Shown here in pieces: positions 59,858-64,000 of a stretch of DNA of 64,000 nucleotides. Below the pieces are notes generated by a model, which was given only the letters and a program-made list of their open reading frames with translations, was not told where the DNA came from and made no database searches. A program made the translations under genes and the position numbers. Position 1 is the stretch's first letter. The number at the start of each line of letters is the position of its first letter. The stretch lies in sequence record LC727699.1; one strand, written 5' to 3'.

Positions 59858-61807
59858 TTAAACTTTTACAAGTTTATCATTTTCTATTTTCCAATTAGCA
59901 TGGAAAGAAATTGGTTGACCAGTGGTCTCATCAAGAATGTCACCAGTCTTTAACCTATTTTTAATAGCTCGGTTATTTCCAAAGAATGGAACTAGTTTAG
60001 CTACTGTTACATCAGCTAATCCTGGATCTTTCATTACATACCAGCCAGGTGTTGAAGCCAGTTCATCATACTGGACAACTTTAGAAGTATCTGCAAAGAT
60101 AACAATATCACCATGTCGTCCGTTCTGGACACGTTGTGATAGTTTACCCCATGTGGAGTTATTATCATAAACATATACATTAGCTGTATTTAATGTCTCA
60201 CCAAGGAATGTACGGCGTAATGCAGTCAATACTATTGGTTTTATATTAATGTTATTCTTATATGCATTCGCTACACGATACATATACTTGGTCATGCTAA
60301 GATTAATATATTCATAAATTTTAGCTTTACTTATCCCTTTATAATCATCCCATGCCATTGTACCTATAAGGGATGCTTCATTATAAAGAGAAGCAGGTTT
60401 TGAACTAAGTACCACTTGATGCTGCATTGTGTAAGTATAAGGTACACGTACGTTAATACGTATCTGATCATTATCATGGATTAAAAGAGTTGATCCATGA
60501 GTTATCAGATCCCACTGAGTAATGCCCTGACTAAATAAGAATGATCCAACTAAATAGCCATTTATTTGAATATCGCCTAGATAATCCTGATGGTCAGTAC
60601 CATTTGAGTAACCTAGATTAAGATCAAAATAACGCTTAGCTGTTAGTATCTGAGTAGTATCAATAGCTTGGCCATTATCACGTGCAACAAAGATACCATC
60701 ATCTACACCAACTTGGAATCTAAATGAAATAGCATACGGTTTATTAGGATTTTCAGATGTCGTACAAAGAAAATTGTAAATGTACTCGCCAGTATGATCG
60801 AAGGTAAATTCAGGAATATCTTCTTTGTTATACGCTGGGAAAGTAACAAGCTTAATCTCACTTTCACTTGAATCACCTTTGATAACAAAGTCAGTTACTT
60901 GACCATTACCAATAGATTTATTCATACCTGTAAACAAACCAGATGATGCAGCTTTTGGTGACCAGCTTAGCATCTGATTTACAGTATATTGAACATCTGA
61001 CCTATCAACAACACCAGAGAAATAAGAACCAAAATTAAAGGCTAGTCTATTAGCGGTAAATGCAAAACTACCATTATTTTCTTTAGCATCTTCAATATTA
61101 GTGTAATCTCTTGAAGCAGAATCAGTTATAACAAAGATACCATTACCCGATTTACGCCAAGTAGCTAGATTATCAATAGTCGCCTGACTCACTCTTTCAG
61201 GAGTTAATGCACCAGTATTATGATCTTTAGTAGAGAATAGAATACATGCATAATACTTATTAAGATCTGTTAAAGTAAGGTCTACTGTGCCACCCATCAT
61301 TTCTGGGTAATAAACATCATAGGTAGAATCTTGTACACGAGCAGCCGTATCTAGTATCTTTTTAAAACCATTACCTGACGTATTGAGGACTGAATAAGGT
61401 TCACTAGGATTACTATCTGTGATTACTAAGAATTTCTTTCCAGTTGATTCGTACTTACTACCATTCCTAATAAACCCAATAGCATTATAAAAATATCTTA
61501 CCCATCCCCATAGATCTTGAGGGTTTGTTGTATTAGCCGGAATTTGGTAAGTATCATAGTTTAAATTATAGAATTTTGGAAAACTACAATCATAAAGAAC
61601 ATTACCAGTGCCATCTTGCACAACAGCAATAAATGGACTACCACCTGTTGCAGGGTCACCATCATAAGCAATGTATTCAGAGAGCACCGGAGGTAACTCC
61701 GGGCTCACTGTATAATACACCTTCTGAATATCTGAACTAAAGTTAAATTTAACTTTAGAGTTTAGTGCCACAGGACCCGGCACTTGCGACGGGACAATAG
61801 AAGGCAT
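59858..61807 (-). CDS. Probable virion/tail-associated protein
   Basis: 649 aa, multi-domain; PFIAVVQDGTGNVLYDCSFPKFYN motif recalled from jumbo-phage structural proteins; co-oriented with the helicase operon. Confidence 0.45.
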   Translation of the reverse strand: MPSIVPSQVPGPVALNSKVKFNFSSDIQKVYYTVSPELPPVLSEYIAYDGDPATGGSPFIAVVQDGTGNVLYDCSFPKFYNLNYDTYQIPANTTNPQDLWGWVRYFYNAIGFIRNGSKYESTGKKFLVITDSNPSEPYSVLNTSGNGFKKILDTAARVQDSTYDVYYPEMMGGTVDLTLTDLNKYYACILFSTKDHNTGALTPERVSQATIDNLATWRKSGNGIFVITDSASRDYTNIEDAKENNGSFAFTANRLAFNFGSYFSGVVDRSDVQYTVNQMLSWSPKAASSGLFTGMNKSIGNGQVTDFVIKGDSSESEIKLVTFPAYNKEDIPEFTFDHTGEYIYNFLCTTSENPNKPYAISFRFQVGVDDGIFVARDNGQAIDTTQILTAKRYFDLNLGYSNGTDHQDYLGDIQINGYLVGSFLFSQGITQWDLITHGSTLLIHDNDQIRINVRVPYTYTMQHQVVLSSKPASLYNEASLIGTMAWDDYKGISKAKIYEYINLSMTKYMYRVANAYKNNINIKPIVLTALRRTFLGETLNTANVYVYDNNSTWGKLSQRVQNGRHGDIVIFADTSKVVQYDELASTPGWYVMKDPGLADVTVAKLVPFFGNNRAIKNRLKTGDILDETTGQPISFHANWKIENDKLVKV

Positions 61808-61817
61808 TTCTCACTCC

Positions 61818-62288
61818 TTACGGGGTATACACGGGAATATCAGCCGTCTTAATAGGTGAGTCAACTCGAATATAATAAGTGATTGGTACAGACAGGCTAT
61901 ACCCACGGATATTTAAAATCCCTGTAGATGAATCGAGATCCCAACCAATACTAGCAGAAGCGCTAATAAGCTTACCACTAGTAGGACTAGTAGTTTCAGG
62001 GTCGATAATCTTGAGATCAACGATGGATGTAGCCAGAGTATAATCACCCATAGAAGTAATAACTTTGGAAAGATCATAAGTAACTACATCTCCTGGGTTT
62101 AATGTACCAGTTTGAAATAGAATTGGTTTTAAACCAGTACTAGGACCTGGACCAGGGCCACCACCAGATTCTAGGATGGTTGTTACTTTGTCAACCCACC
62201 TTAAAATCGCATTATACATTTCTTCACTGGTGGCTTCAGGCCCAAGAATAAGATCTTCACCAGTATTAGATGAATGTGGATCAGACAT
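61818..62288 (-). CDS. Hypothetical protein (possibly structural)
   Basis: GGAG RBS; helix, GGGPGPGP linker, then a beta domain. Confidence 0.55.
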   Translation of the reverse strand: MSDPHSSNTGEDLILGPEATSEEMYNAILRWVDKVTTILESGGGPGPGPSTGLKPILFQTGTLNPGDVVTYDLSKVITSMGDYTLATSIVDLKIIDPETTSPTSGKLISASASIGWDLDSSTGILNIRGYSLSVPITYYIRVDSPIKTADIPVYTP

Positions 62289-62299
62289 TTCTGTCTCCT

Positions 62300-64000
62300 T
62301 TAAAACCGCATATATGCGGGCTGATATGGTTTATACATACGTGTATCAAAGTCATTAAAATCAATTGCGATATCATACTTCTCAAATGATTCTTTTAGCA
62401 TCTGATAAATGATTTTATTTTCATCAAAATTATTATTTTTATCAACATAACTTTCTAATGACTCTGTGATCTCAAATGGAGATTTAATACCCATAATAGC
62501 TTCAACCATTGCCTGACTCCATTTTAGAATGTCATCTGACCTTGTTGAGATATTCGGTTCATCTTCTGTATCGAGAGTACATTGATATACGACTGTTTGT
62601 GAATCCTGACCTTTACGGTAAATTCGAGCAATAGCTTGTTCTAGAATGTAATGCCTAAACGGTGAATTAATTGTCACCATAGTATCAGCCATCGTCATAC
62701 GGACCGCTGTTGAAAGGGAAGCATATGTAGCTACCAATGGATTTAATTTAGGGTCTTTCTCAAATCTACTGATTATTTGAGGTAAATTGTCATTGGTTTT
62801 ACCATACACCACCGCCGGATGCATACCTAATTTATTGGTGTACTTATCAACAGTATCAACAACCTCAACAAACGATGTAAATGCAATCGTTTTCTTCATA
62901 GTTGATTCAGTGATACCAACCCAGTCAATATACGGTACCATGTCCACATGGCACTGAATGCGTTTAGCACCTAAAACCCTTCCCAAACATTCACCTTGTA
63001 TCTTTAGCATAACGTATTTTATAACTGATTTAATATCTCTAAAAGCAGCTATTTCATTACGAGGTAAAGTTGGCTCTATAAACATTTTTTCATATTGGTT
63101 AGATTCTTTAATTTCTTCACCAATGTATCGCGGGTCTTGATTCTTCTGAATTATTTTAATCAAATTCTTATAGCGAGCGAAACCATCTTTCTGCGCCTGG
63201 GTCTTAAGAGAGTTCTCGTGTATCGCCATTAGTTTAGCCCAATACTTCTCATCTTCTGGTCGGCGCGCAGCATAGAACTTTACACGTTCTCTAATAAAAG
63301 CTTCACAATCACGTTTAATGGCATTAAGAGTATACTGTGATCCATTTGGTATCTTGATACGATACGCTTTTATCCTCGGTGGTAAAACCTCAGTATCTTT
63401 CTTTTCAATGACGTACGCAATTAACCCAAAGCGATGTTGGACAATATCTAATCCTTTCTGTGTCTCTTTTCCAAATGCTTTCTTAAAACGTTCTTCAACC
63501 TCATTGGTGAAGAGATCGTCTAATACTCTTAATGCACTTACTAATTCAGAACCAAGTGCTTTAACAGGGGTACCTGACGCTAATAATCTGTTATTAGAGT
63601 TAGACATAAAACATATTTGCTGGAACTTAAGAGATTGTGCAGAATTAGGATCGTTCATATTGTGTGATTCATCCAGAATCACCGTAATGTTCTTACCTTT
63701 GAATATACCGCTTCTTAATAGATCAATTATTTTATCTTGCGCCTGGTAATGGGATATAAGTATTCTTTGACCGTTGTAGGCTTTATCATCAATGGTCGAC
63801 CATACTTTTTGTCTTTCCTTATACATCTCAATAATAGATGGCTTCCATATTAGATCAATAGACTTCTTTTCACAAACAACTATAATGATATCCGACTCAA
63901 CCATTTCAGCAATAGCCATCGTCATGAATGTCTTACCAGTACCAGGTTTACCTGCAACAATATCACCACGTAAACCATACTGGTCAATTCGATAATTATA
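62300..64000 (-). CDS. SF2 (SNF2/DEAD-like) helicase (phiKZ gp203-like), 5'-truncated by window edge
   Basis: Frame is open to base 64000 and includes Walker A GKPGTGKT upstream of the ORF-track start; DESH box, ASGTP motif III and QAIARIYRKGQ motif VI. Confidence 0.88.
   Translation of the reverse strand, partial: YNYRIDQYGLRGDIVAGKPGTGKTFMTMAIAEMVESDIIIVVCEKKSIDLIWKPSIIEMYKERQKVWSTIDDKAYNGQRILISHYQAQDKIIDLLRSGIFKGKNITVILDESHNMNDPNSAQSLKFQQICFMSNSNNRLLASGTPVKALGSELVSALRVLDDLFTNEVEERFKKAFGKETQKGLDIVQHRFGLIAYVIEKKDTEVLPPRIKAYRIKIPNGSQYTLNAIKRDCEAFIRERVKFYAARRPEDEKYWAKLMAIHENSLKTQAQKDGFARYKNLIKIIQKNQDPRYIGEEIKESNQYEKMFIEPTLPRNEIAAFRDIKSVIKYVMLKIQGECLGRVLGAKRIQCHVDMVPYIDWVGITESTMKKTIAFTSFVEVVDTVDKYTNKLGMHPAVVYGKTNDNLPQIISRFEKDPKLNPLVATYASLSTAVRMTMADTMVTINSPFRHYILEQAIARIYRKGQDSQTVVYQCTLDTEDEPNISTRSDDILKWSQAMVEAIMGIKSPFEITESLESYVDKNNNFDENKIIYQMLKESFEKYDIAIDFNDFDTRMYKPYQPAYMRF

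Overview
AT-rich, densely coding 64 kb segment of a phiKZ-like (Chimalliviridae-type) jumbo myophage; no cellular genes, tRNAs, rRNAs or CRISPR arrays were seen. Left to right: (1) an N-terminally truncated virion protein coupled to a 1093-aa collagen-repeat fibre; (2) a conserved core block with virion RNA polymerase (vRNAP) beta C-terminal subunit, UvsX/RecA, RNase H, a probable spanin pair, head and tail proteins, central spike plus PAAR tip and an SbcC/Rad50 ATPase; (3) a small early-promoter cassette; (4) prohead protease, fifth vRNAP subunit, vRNAP beta, and a vRNAP beta' gene split exactly inside its DFDGD catalytic motif by a 1443-nt group I intron carrying an HNH endonuclease; (5) a 2.2-kaa tape-measure/lytic transglycosylase and a baseplate-type protein; (6) a Tad1-like anti-defence sponge with an acidic, head-protease-type N-terminal extension; (7) an early accessory region with thymidylate kinase, a DEDDh exonuclease and many small ORFs; (8) a truncated SF2 helicase. 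The best novelty candidates are the possibly virion-packaged Tad1-like sponge and the architecture of the intron (ORF in the P1 loop, guide sequence inside the HNH coding sequence, RBS-sequestering hairpin). phiKZ gp numbers come from recalled motifs and gene order, not from any database search.
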